DNA of 64,000 nucleotides from Clostridiales bacterium (GCA_004553575.1 SFLA01000002.1:474-64473), one strand, 5' to 3'; shown: positions 1-8,820, numbered from the stretch's first letter. The notes: generated by a model from the letters alone, not told the origin. Program-made: numbers and translations.

Positions 1-56
1 TTAATTCGCGGGCGCATATTTTGCGTCGGCTTCGGTTTGAGTTCGGAGGAATTGCA

Positions 57-641
57 ATGTGCGGTCGTTTTTATATTCCCGAAGATGAAAGGGTAAGGAT
101 GATCCGGGCGATTCTGGAAAACACGGATTACAGGGATATTACGGCAAAAGCCGGCGATATCCGTCCCGGAGACACGGCGGTTGTTGTCGCCTGCGACAAA
201 GAGATGACGCCCCGTCCGTTTGCGATGGAATGGGGGTTCAGGCTCCCCGGCGGGAGGAGAGTGTTCAACGTCCGGAGCGAAACAGCCGGACGGCGGCCCA
301 TGTTCGCCGACGGAATGAAACACCGCCGCTGCCTTATCCCGGCGTTACACTATTACGAGTGGGAAAAGACTCCCCGGGGTAAAGTGAAGTACGCAATCGC
401 TCCGGAGAACGCGGACGGCTTCTTTCTTGCAGGGATATACCGCCTTGAGCAAGGTGTTCCCGTGTTTTCGGTTCTCACGAAGCAGCCGGCGGAATCCATA
501 GCGTTTATTCACGACCGTATGCCCGTAATTTTACCGTATGAGGTTATGTACGACTGGCTGAATCCACGCTGCCGAGGGGACGATTTACTGCGCTCTGCGG
601 TCGGTGACATGACTTACAGGGTTTGCGAATCGCCTGCGTAA
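57..641 (+). CDS. SRAP (YedK-like) abasic-site processing protein
   Basis: Track ORF 21..641. Start trimmed to ATG 57 so the product begins MCGRF (the SRAP family uses Cys2 as nucleophile). GGAGGA lies 6 nt upstream. Family-like blocks NVRSET, RRCLIPA..YYEW, HDRMPVIL. Confidence 0.85.
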   Translation: MCGRFYIPEDERVRMIRAILENTDYRDITAKAGDIRPGDTAVVVACDKEMTPRPFAMEWGFRLPGGRRVFNVRSETAGRRPMFADGMKHRRCLIPALHYYEWEKTPRGKVKYAIAPENADGFFLAGIYRLEQGVPVFSVLTKQPAESIAFIHDRMPVILPYEVMYDWLNPRCRGDDLLRSAVGDMTYRVCESPA

Positions 642-780
642 AACGGCAGCGACAAGAGCCGGGCGGACTTCCGGCGGCAGTATATACAGACAATTGTCCC
701 GCAGCTTCGTACTTTGTAACGCATGCTCCGGTTCCGGTCGCGTTCATAACATATCCGTATTAACCGAGCCGTATATACTG

Positions 781-809
781 TTGCAAATTCCGGTTATTTT
801 TGGTATACT
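781..809 (+). promoter_or_regulatory. sigma-A type promoter for the hydrolase gene
   Basis: TTGCAA (781-786), 17-nt spacer, TATACT (804-809) with TGg extension. It lies 45 nt upstream of ATG 854. Confidence 0.5.
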
Positions 810-853
810 TGCTCTGCGGGGTATTCCGGGAAACAGAAAGGAATGACAAAGCC

Positions 854-1783
854 ATGAAAACCGAAAACTTTGAATTTTGCGGATACAACGGGCAAAAGCT
901 GCACGCCGCCGTATGGCTGCCCGAGCAGGAGCCGAAATGCGTTTTGCAGATCGCACACGGCATGACCGAGCATATCGGCCGCTATGCCGCAACGGCGCAG
1001 GAGCTTACCGGGCACGGAATTGCCGTGGCCGGATTCGATCTGCGGGGGCACGGGAAAAACCCCGGCGATGCCGATATTGCTTCGTTCGGGGAAGGCGGCT
1101 GGGAAGCGTCCATAGAAGACATGCATATATTCTTCGGGGTTCTGGCAAACCGGTTTCCGGGGCTTCCGCACGTCATGCTGGGCTTTTCGCTGGGTTCCTT
1201 CCTGTTGCGGGAATATCTGGGACGGTATCCTGAAAACACGGCGGGCGCCGTAATTATGGGAACAGGTTATCAGCCGGGGGCGGTGCTCGGCGTTATGATG
1301 TCTGTCGTGAAGGGACAGATTAAGAAATCCGGATTTGACGGCACCACCGATCTGGTTCGGCAGCTTTCCTTCGGGAACTACAACCGGAAATTCAAGCCCA
1401 ACCGAACGATTGCGGACTGGCTCTGCTCCGATAACGCTCAGCTTGACGCATACCTTTCCGATACGCTGTGCCGCAAAAGCATCTCCTCCGGTCTTTTTTG
1501 GCAGCTTTTAGGTTCAATGAAGCGCACCGGAAACAAGGATGCATACAGGGGCTGGAACAAGGAGATGCCCGTCCTGCTGCTCTCCGGTCGGGATGATCCC
1601 GTCGGCGATTTCGGCAAAGGCGTTATGGCGGTAAAGCAACATATGGAAAAGGCGGGTATCCGCAGCGTTACCATGCATTTGTTTGCCGGCGCCAGACACG
1701 ATCTGCTGCACGAAGAAACCGTTTCTGCCGCCTCCGACGCCGTTAAGGCGATTGTCGGCTGGACGGAACGCATGTTGGGATAA
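854..1783 (+). CDS. alpha/beta hydrolase (lysophospholipase / monoacylglycerol lipase-like)
   Basis: Track ORF 800..1783. ATG 854 is preceded by GAAAGGAA. HGMTEHIGRY block, GxSxG elbow GFSLGS, C-terminal ARHDLLHE. Confidence 0.8.
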   Translation: MKTENFEFCGYNGQKLHAAVWLPEQEPKCVLQIAHGMTEHIGRYAATAQELTGHGIAVAGFDLRGHGKNPGDADIASFGEGGWEASIEDMHIFFGVLANRFPGLPHVMLGFSLGSFLLREYLGRYPENTAGAVIMGTGYQPGAVLGVMMSVVKGQIKKSGFDGTTDLVRQLSFGNYNRKFKPNRTIADWLCSDNAQLDAYLSDTLCRKSISSGLFWQLLGSMKRTGNKDAYRGWNKEMPVLLLSGRDDPVGDFGKGVMAVKQHMEKAGIRSVTMHLFAGARHDLLHEETVSAASDAVKAIVGWTERMLG

Positions 1784-1861
1784 GACGCGGGCTGTCGGCT
1801 TAAGTATTCCGGGACGGATGTCTGTATGTTCCGGGCACCGTCTGCTTCACGTCGGTTTGTT

Positions 1862-1890
1862 AAACGGCACCCGCTTGGGATGCCGTTTTT
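1862..1890 (+). terminator. putative intrinsic terminator after the hydrolase gene
   Basis: AAACGGCA (1862-1869) pairs with TGCCGTTT (1881-1888), followed by a T-run. Confidence 0.45.
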
Positions 1891-2026
1891 CGTCGGGAAG
1901 CGGAATACACCGCCGCGAGTATATTAAAACGGCGAAAAAGCGAATAATTCCCATATGTTTTACGCGGGAAAATGCCGCTGCAGCGGGTGTTTTTCGTATT
2001 TTATCCAATCTTTGTCGCGCATTGTG

Positions 2027-2055
2027 TTGAAAAATGTGATATTTTGTGGTATAAG
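2027..2055 (+). promoter_or_regulatory. sigma-A type promoter upstream of the SPFH cluster
   Basis: TTGAAA (2027-2032), 17 nt, TATAAG (2050-2055) with TGg extension. This leaves a leader of roughly 190 nt before GTG 2249. Confidence 0.45.
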
Positions 2056-2248
2056 TAATACAGAATCGGGCGGTGTGCATGTGCCCGGCGGAAAGACCGC
2101 AAATAACTTTTACGCGTTTTGTCGTTCAGCACGACACCCGCGCATATGCTATTTTGCGGAAGCGGCGTCTTTACTCGGGGCATGTCCTACGGGCAGGAGA
2201 TCCGCAGTTTGCCCGGCGAGTATACGGCCGATAAAGGAGGCTGACGAA

Positions 2249-2551
2249 GTGCGCGGAACCGGACGAAGCGGGAGCTTCCTGTTCTGTCTGCTTATAAATA
2301 TGCTGCTTAATCCGGAGTGGATTATCCCCGCCGCAATACTGCTCGCTTTGCACTTTCTGCCGGGGTGGTCGGTTTGGTGGGCAGTCCTTGCTCTCGGCGT
2401 ATGGATTATCGGAATCATCCTGTGGATGTGCTTTGTCGGCTGGGCGGGAAGGTGCGGAAACGTTCCCGAACCTCCGAAGGAAAACAGGAATCCTTATTCT
2501 TCGGGGAAGTATCCGGCAAACGGACGCGATCCCGGAGAGACTGCGGGTTAG
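2249..2551 (+). CDS. small hydrophobic membrane protein (hypothetical)
   Basis: In frame with track ORF 1955..2551. GTG 2249 lies 8 nt after AAAGGAGG. The product has 2-3 predicted TM helices (LLINMLLNPEWIIPAAILLALHF, WWAVLALGVWIIGIILWMCFVGW). The upstream part of the track ORF spans the promoter. Confidence 0.5.
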   Translation: MRGTGRSGSFLFCLLINMLLNPEWIIPAAILLALHFLPGWSVWWAVLALGVWIIGIILWMCFVGWAGRCGNVPEPPKENRNPYSSGKYPANGRDPGETAG

Positions 2552-2677
2552 CGCTTACTGCCGATTTCCCGTTCTTGTGCCGGCGGCGGAAAAGCGTCGG
2601 TGCCGGGCGCCGTAAAAACGATGTTCCGAATCGTATAAAACGATATAATATAAAAATACAATAAAGGAGTTTTGGCT

Positions 2678-4093
2678 ATGGGACTTATCAAAGCAGGAAT
2701 AGGCGCACTGGGGGGCACGCTTGCCGACCAGTGGAAAGAGTTTTTCTATTGCGAATCGCTTCCGAACGATGTGCTCATGAGGAAGGGCGAAAAGCGGATA
2801 AGCGGACGCTCCTCCAACACAAAGGGGAACGATAACATCATTTCCAACGGTTCGGGTATAGCCGTGGCAGACGGACAGTGCATGATAATAGTGGAGCAGG
2901 GCAAGATTGTGGAAGTATGCGCCGAGCCGGGTGAATTTACATACGACAGCTCCACCGAGCCGTCGATATTTGCCGGCAGCCTCGGCGAAAGCATAAAGAA
3001 TACCTTTAAAACGATCGGCAAGCGCTTTACTTACGGCGGCGACACCGGTAAGGATCAGCGGGTATATTATTTCAACACCAAAGAGATTCTGAACAACAAA
3101 TTCGGCACGGCAAACCCGATAATGTTTGAAGTAACGAACAAGCGGATCGGCATGAGCCGTACCGTACAGGTGCGCTGCAACGGCGTATACACCTATGTAA
3201 TTTCGAACCCGCTGCTGTTCTATACAAGGCTCTGCGGCAACGTGGAGAGCGAGTTCACCCGCGATCAGATCGACGATCAGCTCAAGGTTGAGTTTATCGA
3301 CGCGCTCCAGCCCGCTCTCGGCGCTCTTGCGGAGCAGGAGCTTCGCCCCGCGCAGCTTCCGGCAAAGGCAAACGAGCTTAAAGAAGCGATGAACGACGCT
3401 CTGAAGCAGGAGTGGATAGAAAACAGAGGCATTTCCGTGGGCAAGATCGCTCTTAACCCGATCACGCTTACGGAAGCGGATATGAAGAAGATAAACGAGA
3501 TGGAGGATGCCGCAAGCATCGGTTCCAATCCGTTTATGATGGCAGGACGTATGACAAACGCAACCGCCGATGCCATGCAGACCGCCGCGGGCAACTCTGC
3601 GGGCGCAATGACCGGATTCATGGGCATGGGCATGGTCGGTATGGGCGGACAGGGCGGCTTCGGCGCGGCACAGAATCTTTACAATGCCGGCGTTCAGCAG
3701 CAGAATCAGAATGCGGCGCAGACTCAGGCAGGCGGTCAGTGGAAGTGCTCCTGCGGAGCGACGGCTACGGGAAAATTCTGCCCCGAATGCGGTGCAAAGA
3801 AGCCGGAGCCGGTGCAGGCGGGCGCATGGAAGTGCTCCTGCGGCGCAACGGCCACCGGCAAGTTCTGCCCTGAATGCGGCTCTCCGAAGCCCGAGGACGC
3901 CGAGGGCTGGACCTGCGCCTGCGGCACGGTGAACAAGGGCAGGTTCTGCCAAAACTGCGGAGCCAAAAAGCCTGCGGGCGTGCCCCAGTACCGCTGCGAT
4001 AAATGCGGCTGGGAGCCGGAAAAAGGCACCAAGCCCCCGAAGTTCTGCCCCGAATGCGGCGACCCGTTTGACAACGGAGATATTGTTGAATAA
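2678..4093 (+). CDS. SPFH-fold (YdjI / virion-core-protein-like) protein with C-terminal quadruple zinc ribbon
   Basis: ATG 2678 lies 8 nt after AAAGGAG. The N-terminus MGLIKAGIGALGGTLADQWKEFF... is typical of the YdjI-type SPFH family as I recall it. The C-terminal third has a Gly/Met/Gln-rich linker followed by four CxxC..CxxC zinc ribbons. Confidence 0.8.
   Translation: MGLIKAGIGALGGTLADQWKEFFYCESLPNDVLMRKGEKRISGRSSNTKGNDNIISNGSGIAVADGQCMIIVEQGKIVEVCAEPGEFTYDSSTEPSIFAGSLGESIKNTFKTIGKRFTYGGDTGKDQRVYYFNTKEILNNKFGTANPIMFEVTNKRIGMSRTVQVRCNGVYTYVISNPLLFYTRLCGNVESEFTRDQIDDQLKVEFIDALQPALGALAEQELRPAQLPAKANELKEAMNDALKQEWIENRGISVGKIALNPITLTEADMKKINEMEDAASIGSNPFMMAGRMTNATADAMQTAAGNSAGAMTGFMGMGMVGMGGQGGFGAAQNLYNAGVQQQNQNAAQTQAGGQWKCSCGATATGKFCPECGAKKPEPVQAGAWKCSCGATATGKFCPECGSPKPEDAEGWTCACGTVNKGRFCQNCGAKKPAGVPQYRCDKCGWEPEKGTKPPKFCPECGDPFDNGDIVE
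3740..4060 (+). repeat. intragenic tandem repeats encoding four zinc-ribbon modules
   Basis: WKCSCGATATGKFCPECGAKKPEP, WKCSCGATATGKFCPECGSPKPED, WTCACGTVNKGRFCQNCGAKKP, YRCDKCGWEPEKGTKPPKFCPECGDP. The first two copies are also near-identical at nucleotide level. Confidence 0.85.
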
Positions 4094-4248
4094 AACTGCA
4101 TATCCTGCCGGTGCGGCGGCTTGCGCAGCCGCCGCGCCTGCGATAAGCGGCGTATAAGCGGGAAACGGTCCCGTATGTAAACATAAGCGGGGAACGTAAA
4201 TGGTCTTCCTTTATCTGACCGTTTGTTAATACATAATCTGCGGAATGT

Positions 4249-4808
4249 ATGAACGGAAAGAAATCTGTAAAGACGGTGTCTTTTATGAGTTTGCTCGCAG
4301 TGCTTGCGGGGCTGTTCGGCTGCAACAAAGCGCATGGGCTCTGGACGGCATACCCGTCTCTGACATATGTGAGGTGTCCGTAACTTGCGGGCATATGAAC
4401 CGCTGCTACGGATATTGCTTCCGGATTCGCCGCAAAAACGGCGCGTGGCTTTTTGATGCGGAATGCTTTGCGCATAACCGCGAGGAGGAAACGGTATTCG
4501 AGGACCGTGCGGTAAACGGCGGGGATATAGAAGAGCTGCCCGGAATCCTTGAGCGGAACGACGGCATCGCTTATTCCGAAAATTATAAAAAGCCAATAAA
4601 AATTCCGTTTCGGGTTCTGGACGATACTTCGTATAACTTCAGCCCCACCTTTTCGGAAGGAAACCGCGCGGGCGTTCCTCTGATTGTACTGTGGATGACC
4701 CGGCTTTACCGGATTCGGATTTGCTTCTGGCCGGATATGGGAAAGGGCTATGTTTCTTTGGAGGACGCCGATGTCAGGACTGTTATCGGCAGCATAAGAA
4801 TCAAGTGA
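4249..4808 (+). pseudogene. putative lipoprotein gene with apparent frameshift
   Basis: Frame of ATG 4249 encodes a textbook lipoprotein signal, MNGKKSVKTVSFMSLLAVLAGLFGC, then stops at TAA 4381-4383. Only the frame of track ORF 4245..4808 stays open downstream and reads like a globular protein (..FRIRRKNGAWLFDAECFAHNREEETVFEDRAVNGGDIEEL..). Both frames are open between 4249 and 4383. Confidence 0.4.
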
Positions 4809-4846
4809 ATGCGCATTCGGGTGCGCAGGTAAAGGAGAAACACGAT

Positions 4847-5932
4847 ATGGCTGTATTACAGGAATATAAATGTCCGTGCTGCGGCGGCGCCATTACCTTC
4901 GACAGCACGGCGCAAAAAATGAAATGTCCCTACTGCGATACCGAATTCGAGATGGAGACGCTGAAGAATTACGACAGCGAGCTTCGTAACGAGCAGTCGG
5001 ACGATATGCAGTGGGAAAGCGCCGCAGGAAGCGAGTGGCAGCAGGGAGAAACGGAAGGGCTGCGCTCATATGTATGTAAATCCTGCGGCGGCGAAATTGT
5101 GGGAGACGCCAACACGGCTGCGACCTCCTGCCCGTTCTGCGGAAATCCCGTGGTGATGATGGGACAGCTTTCCGGATCTTTGAAGCCGGATTATGTGATC
5201 CCGTTCAAGCTGGATAAAAAGGCTGCGAAGGCGGCGCTGCAAAAGCATTACAGCGGCAAAAGGCTGCTGCCGAAGGTTTTCAAGGATCAGAACCATATCG
5301 ACGAGGTAAAGGGTATATATGTTCCGTTCTGGCTTTTTGACGCAGACGCGGAAGCCAATATACGTTACAGAGCAACCCGTGTGCGCGCCTGGAGCGACAG
5401 CAATTACAACTATACCGAAACCAGCTTTTTCTCGGTTGCCCGCGGCGGAAGCATCGGATTTGAAAAGGTTCCGGTGGACGGCTCCGCCAAAATGGCGGAC
5501 GACCTTATGGAATCCATAGAGCCGTTTGATTTTTCGGAGGCGGTGGATTTTCAGACGGCATATCTCGCAGGGTATCTTGCGGACAAGTACGACGTCGACG
5601 CCGAGCAGAGTATCGGACGTGCCAACGAGAGAATAAAACAAAGCACCGCCGACGCCTTTGCCGCCACGGTACACGGCTATACTACGGTCATGCCCGAATC
5701 GGTCAGCGTACGTCTGCAGAACGGTCAGGCAAAGTATGCCCTGTATCCCGTGTGGCTGCTTAACACCACCTGGAACGGGCAGAAATACACCTTCGCCATG
5801 AACGGACAAACCGGAAAGCTGGTCGGCGATCTGCCTCTGGACAAGAGCGCATATAGAAAGTGGCTGTTCGGATTGACCGGAATAATAGGCGCCGCGGTTT
5901 TTGCGGTTTCCTATCTGCTGTGGCTGCTGTAA
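4847..5932 (+). CDS. zinc-ribbon membrane protein (YdjG-like)
   Basis: Track ORF 4691..5932. ATG 4847 lies 9 nt after AAAGGAG. Two zinc ribbons (CPCCGG..CPYC and CKSCGG..CPFCGN). C-terminal TM helix WLFGLTGIIGAAVFAVSYLLWLL. Confidence 0.75.
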   Translation: MAVLQEYKCPCCGGAITFDSTAQKMKCPYCDTEFEMETLKNYDSELRNEQSDDMQWESAAGSEWQQGETEGLRSYVCKSCGGEIVGDANTAATSCPFCGNPVVMMGQLSGSLKPDYVIPFKLDKKAAKAALQKHYSGKRLLPKVFKDQNHIDEVKGIYVPFWLFDADAEANIRYRATRVRAWSDSNYNYTETSFFSVARGGSIGFEKVPVDGSAKMADDLMESIEPFDFSEAVDFQTAYLAGYLADKYDVDAEQSIGRANERIKQSTADAFAATVHGYTTVMPESVSVRLQNGQAKYALYPVWLLNTTWNGQKYTFAMNGQTGKLVGDLPLDKSAYRKWLFGLTGIIGAAVFAVSYLLWLL

Positions 5933-5945
5933 GGAGGTGCGGACG

Positions 5946-6743
5946 GTGAAAAAAAGCTTATTACTCTTAATGTTCGCACTGCTTGTTTGCTTTGCGTCGG
6001 CGGTTCCGGCGCTTGCGGAAGGCGATCTGCCCAGACTTGTGGATAACGCCGACCTGCTCAGTGCCGGAGAAGAAAGAGAATTGCTTGCCAGACTGGACGC
6101 AATAAGCGAAAAGCGGCAGGCGGATATCGTGGTGGTAACGGTGTATTCCCTGGAAGGGAAATCTCCCATGGATTACGCCGACGATTTCTACGATTATAAC
6201 GGATACGGTATCGGAAGCGGCAGAGACGGCGTTCTGCTCCTGGTCAGCATGGAGTACAGCGACTGGTGGATGTCGACCTGCGGCTACGGCATTACCGCCA
6301 TTACGGACGCCGGTATCGAATATATCTCGGATGAATTTGTGCCGTATCTCAGCAGCGGCGATTATCTGGAGGCGTTCACTGCCTACGCCGATCTCTGCGA
6401 CGAATTCTTCGGTCAGGCGTTAAGCGGACAGCCGTACGATATCGGACATATGCCCAAAGGGACGTTTGATTTTGCAAAGAACCTGCTTGTTGCGCTGATT
6501 ATCGGCTTTGTAGTCGCTCTGATTGCCACCGGCGTTATGAAAGGCAAGCTGAAAACCGTAAGGTCACAGTCGGCGGCGCGCAACTATATAAAGGCGAACA
6601 GCATGAACATTACCGAGAACCGCGATTTTTATCTGTATTCCCACGTAAACCGCACAGCGAGACCCAAGGAAACGCACGGCGGTTCGGGAACGCATACCTC
6701 GTCCTCCGGTTCCACGCACGGCGGAGGCGGCGGAAAATTCTGA
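5946..6743 (+). CDS. TPM-domain membrane protein (YdjH-like)
   Basis: GTG 5946 lies 7 nt after AAGGAGG. Signal peptide ..LLVCFASAVPALA. TPM-like block VDNADLLSAGEERELLARLDAISEKRQADIVVVTV. One TM helix and a Gly/Ser/His-rich tail. Confidence 0.8.
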   Translation: MKKSLLLLMFALLVCFASAVPALAEGDLPRLVDNADLLSAGEERELLARLDAISEKRQADIVVVTVYSLEGKSPMDYADDFYDYNGYGIGSGRDGVLLLVSMEYSDWWMSTCGYGITAITDAGIEYISDEFVPYLSSGDYLEAFTAYADLCDEFFGQALSGQPYDIGHMPKGTFDFAKNLLVALIIGFVVALIATGVMKGKLKTVRSQSAARNYIKANSMNITENRDFYLYSHVNRTARPKETHGGSGTHTSSSGSTHGGGGGKF

Positions 6744-6886
6744 TCCGAAAGTGGTCCCGTATCGGAAGCACGCCGCAGAAGGTATTCTGCGATGTCGGAG
6801 CCTTGCTTTTTGCGCGCATTCGCAAAATCTGCGGAGCGTAACCGTATCGGGCCATATGTCAATCGGTTCGGAGCAAGCGACAACAA

Positions 6887-7297
6887 ATGAGCACATATAT
6901 TCGCAAAGTAAATTATTACGAAACCGACAAAATAGGGATAACACATCGCTCAAACTGCATTCGCTTTACGGAAGAAGCGAGATTGAACTTTTTGTCCGAA
7001 GCGGGATATCCGATGACCCGTTTGGAAGCAGAGGGAATCGCTTCTCCGGTTGTGTCGGTAAACTGCGAATATAAGCATACGACAACCTACGGCGACGAGA
7101 TTGAAACCGGGGTGGCCTTAACGCAGCACACCGGTGTAAAGCTTTCACTGTCTTATGTTATGAAGAACTTAAGAACCGGTGATATCGTTGCGGCGGTGTA
7201 ATCGTCTCATTGCTTTATCGGTGCCGACGGAAGACCGATTGCGGTAAGAAAGCATTTTCCGGATTTCGATACGGTATTAAAGGCTTTGGTGAAGTAA
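6887..7297 (+). pseudogene. acyl-CoA thioesterase (4HBT/YbgC-like) interrupted by in-frame TAA
   Basis: Track ORF 6887..7201 ends ..TGDIVAAV at TAA 7199-7201. The same frame continues SSHCFIGADGRPIAVRKHFPDFDTVLKALVK to TAA 7295-7297. This is the expected C-terminal strand and tail of hotdog thioesterases. A strong terminator follows the second stop. Confidence 0.7.
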
Positions 7298-7315
7298 CGG
7301 GATATAATTAATATC

Positions 7316-7347
7316 GGCGGCGGAAAATTCTTTTCCGCCGCCTTTTT
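7316..7347 (+). terminator. intrinsic terminator
   Basis: GGCGGCGGAAAA (7316-7327) pairs with TTTTCCGCCGCC (7331-7342), followed by TTTTT. Confidence 0.8.
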
Positions 7348-7466
7348 ATATTCGTCAGAGCTTACCGCATAAAAACAGATAAGTGTTATAACTGCTCCCG
7401 GCGATCCGTAATGCTCACTGCCCGCACCCGTGGGGCTGTCCGCCCGCAGGGTATTTTGCGTAAGCT

Positions 7467-8708
7467 CTATTCGCACCGGTGTTCTTCGCTTGCGGGAACA
7501 GGCGTGTCGTACTTGGCACGCCAGCTTTTCGCACAGGTAAGCAGCAGCACGGTTCCGACGGCACAGCATACCGCCCATACGGCCGCGGTGACTCCCCATC
7601 CTCCGGCTTCGGTAACGGCGGCCGTTCCGTATGCCGAAAGCGCGCTTCCGATATATGTGCCGGAATTGAGAATTCCGGATATCAGAGATACATTGCCGTA
7701 TTTTGCGAAATACTGCGGCACCATGCAGATGAGCATAAGGTTTACTCCGTGCATGCAGCCGGTGAGCAGCGCGGATGACAGCACCGATACGGCGGCGTTC
7801 TTGCCCACGATAAACACAAGTGTGAGCGCCGCGGCGAATCCTGCGGCAAATATAACGCCGGCGCAGGTCACGGGGTCGCGGAATACTCTGCGGTAAAGCG
7901 AGGAGGCTCCGGCAAAGCAAACCATTCCGAACAGAGGGAGCAGCACGCCGGAGAGTATGGATATCTCCTCGGCTATACCGAAGCTCTCGGACACGAGAGA
8001 GGGCATCCATGTCGTAACACCGTCGCGCAGTACGCCCATAAGGATTATTCCGACCATTACGGACAGCATCGGAAAGTTGATAAGCGGACGTATTCCCGCC
8101 AGACTGCCGGATCCGGCACCGCATTCAGGAGCGGCAGACACATTCGGACAGCAGACCGTCCACAGGCACGCCATAAGTGCGGCGGCGGCCGCGGCGAACA
8201 CGAATACCGCCCTCCAGCCGGACAGCGATATCAGCAGCGGCGATATAAGATAGACAAGCACCGTTCCGGCGGAGCTCCCCCACGACACCACTACACAGGC
8301 GCGGCGGTAATCCTCCGGCGTAAGCAGCTCGGACATCAGCCGTACCATGGGCGGCCACATAAACGCCTGCGCCATGCCGTTGACCGTCCAGACTACGGCG
8401 GTCTGAACCGGGTTTTTGCAGAAAACTATCAGAAGGTTCATACAGGCGGTCACTGCGAAGCCTCCGAGCACCAGCTTTTTCGGCTGTATTCTGTCGCCGA
8501 AGAAGCCGCTGATTATCTGCCCCAGACCGTATGAAACAAAGCTGCCGGTCAGAGCGACCGACAGTGCGGATTTACTAAGCTGTTCGGCGCGTACCATTTC
8601 GGATATTACCGCCCCGTAGTTAATGCGCGCGATATAGCTTACCATATACGCAGAAGTAAGCAGCAGTATGAAGCGTGTGGCTTTCTTTTTATCAGTTATC
8701 ATATTCAT
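7467..8708 (-). CDS. MFS transporter
   Basis: 413-aa ORF, about 12 TM helices. MFS signature-like GxxxDRxxPKK (GFFGDRIQPKK) after TM2. Confidence 0.85.
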   Translation of the reverse strand: MNMITDKKKATRFILLLTSAYMVSYIARINYGAVISEMVRAEQLSKSALSVALTGSFVSYGLGQIISGFFGDRIQPKKLVLGGFAVTACMNLLIVFCKNPVQTAVVWTVNGMAQAFMWPPMVRLMSELLTPEDYRRACVVVSWGSSAGTVLVYLISPLLISLSGWRAVFVFAAAAAALMACLWTVCCPNVSAAPECGAGSGSLAGIRPLINFPMLSVMVGIILMGVLRDGVTTWMPSLVSESFGIAEEISILSGVLLPLFGMVCFAGASSLYRRVFRDPVTCAGVIFAAGFAAALTLVFIVGKNAAVSVLSSALLTGCMHGVNLMLICMVPQYFAKYGNVSLISGILNSGTYIGSALSAYGTAAVTEAGGWGVTAAVWAVCCAVGTVLLLTCAKSWRAKYDTPVPASEEHRCE

Positions 8709-8820
8709 ATGGTTAATAAAATCATCCGGAACCGCGTATGCGGCGGATTGCTTCGGAACAGGTCAACTGAGAGCTTACGGACAGCGCCGGTTTCTGAATC
8801 CGGCAGCGGCATGTCCGGTA

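Noticed and set aside
1955-2248. N-terminal 98 codons of track ORF 1955..2551
   Set aside because: This part spans the predicted promoter and leader, has odd composition, and has no RBS. A strong RBS plus GTG at 2249 gives a sensible small membrane protein.
2555-3952. 465-aa minus-strand ORF, plus the overlapping 286-aa and 236-aa minus-strand ORFs at 3736..4596
   Set aside because: Antisense to the well-supported SPFH/zinc-ribbon gene. The products are Arg/Ala/His-rich and low-complexity, with no RBS. This is the typical shadow ORF of a GC-rich coding region.
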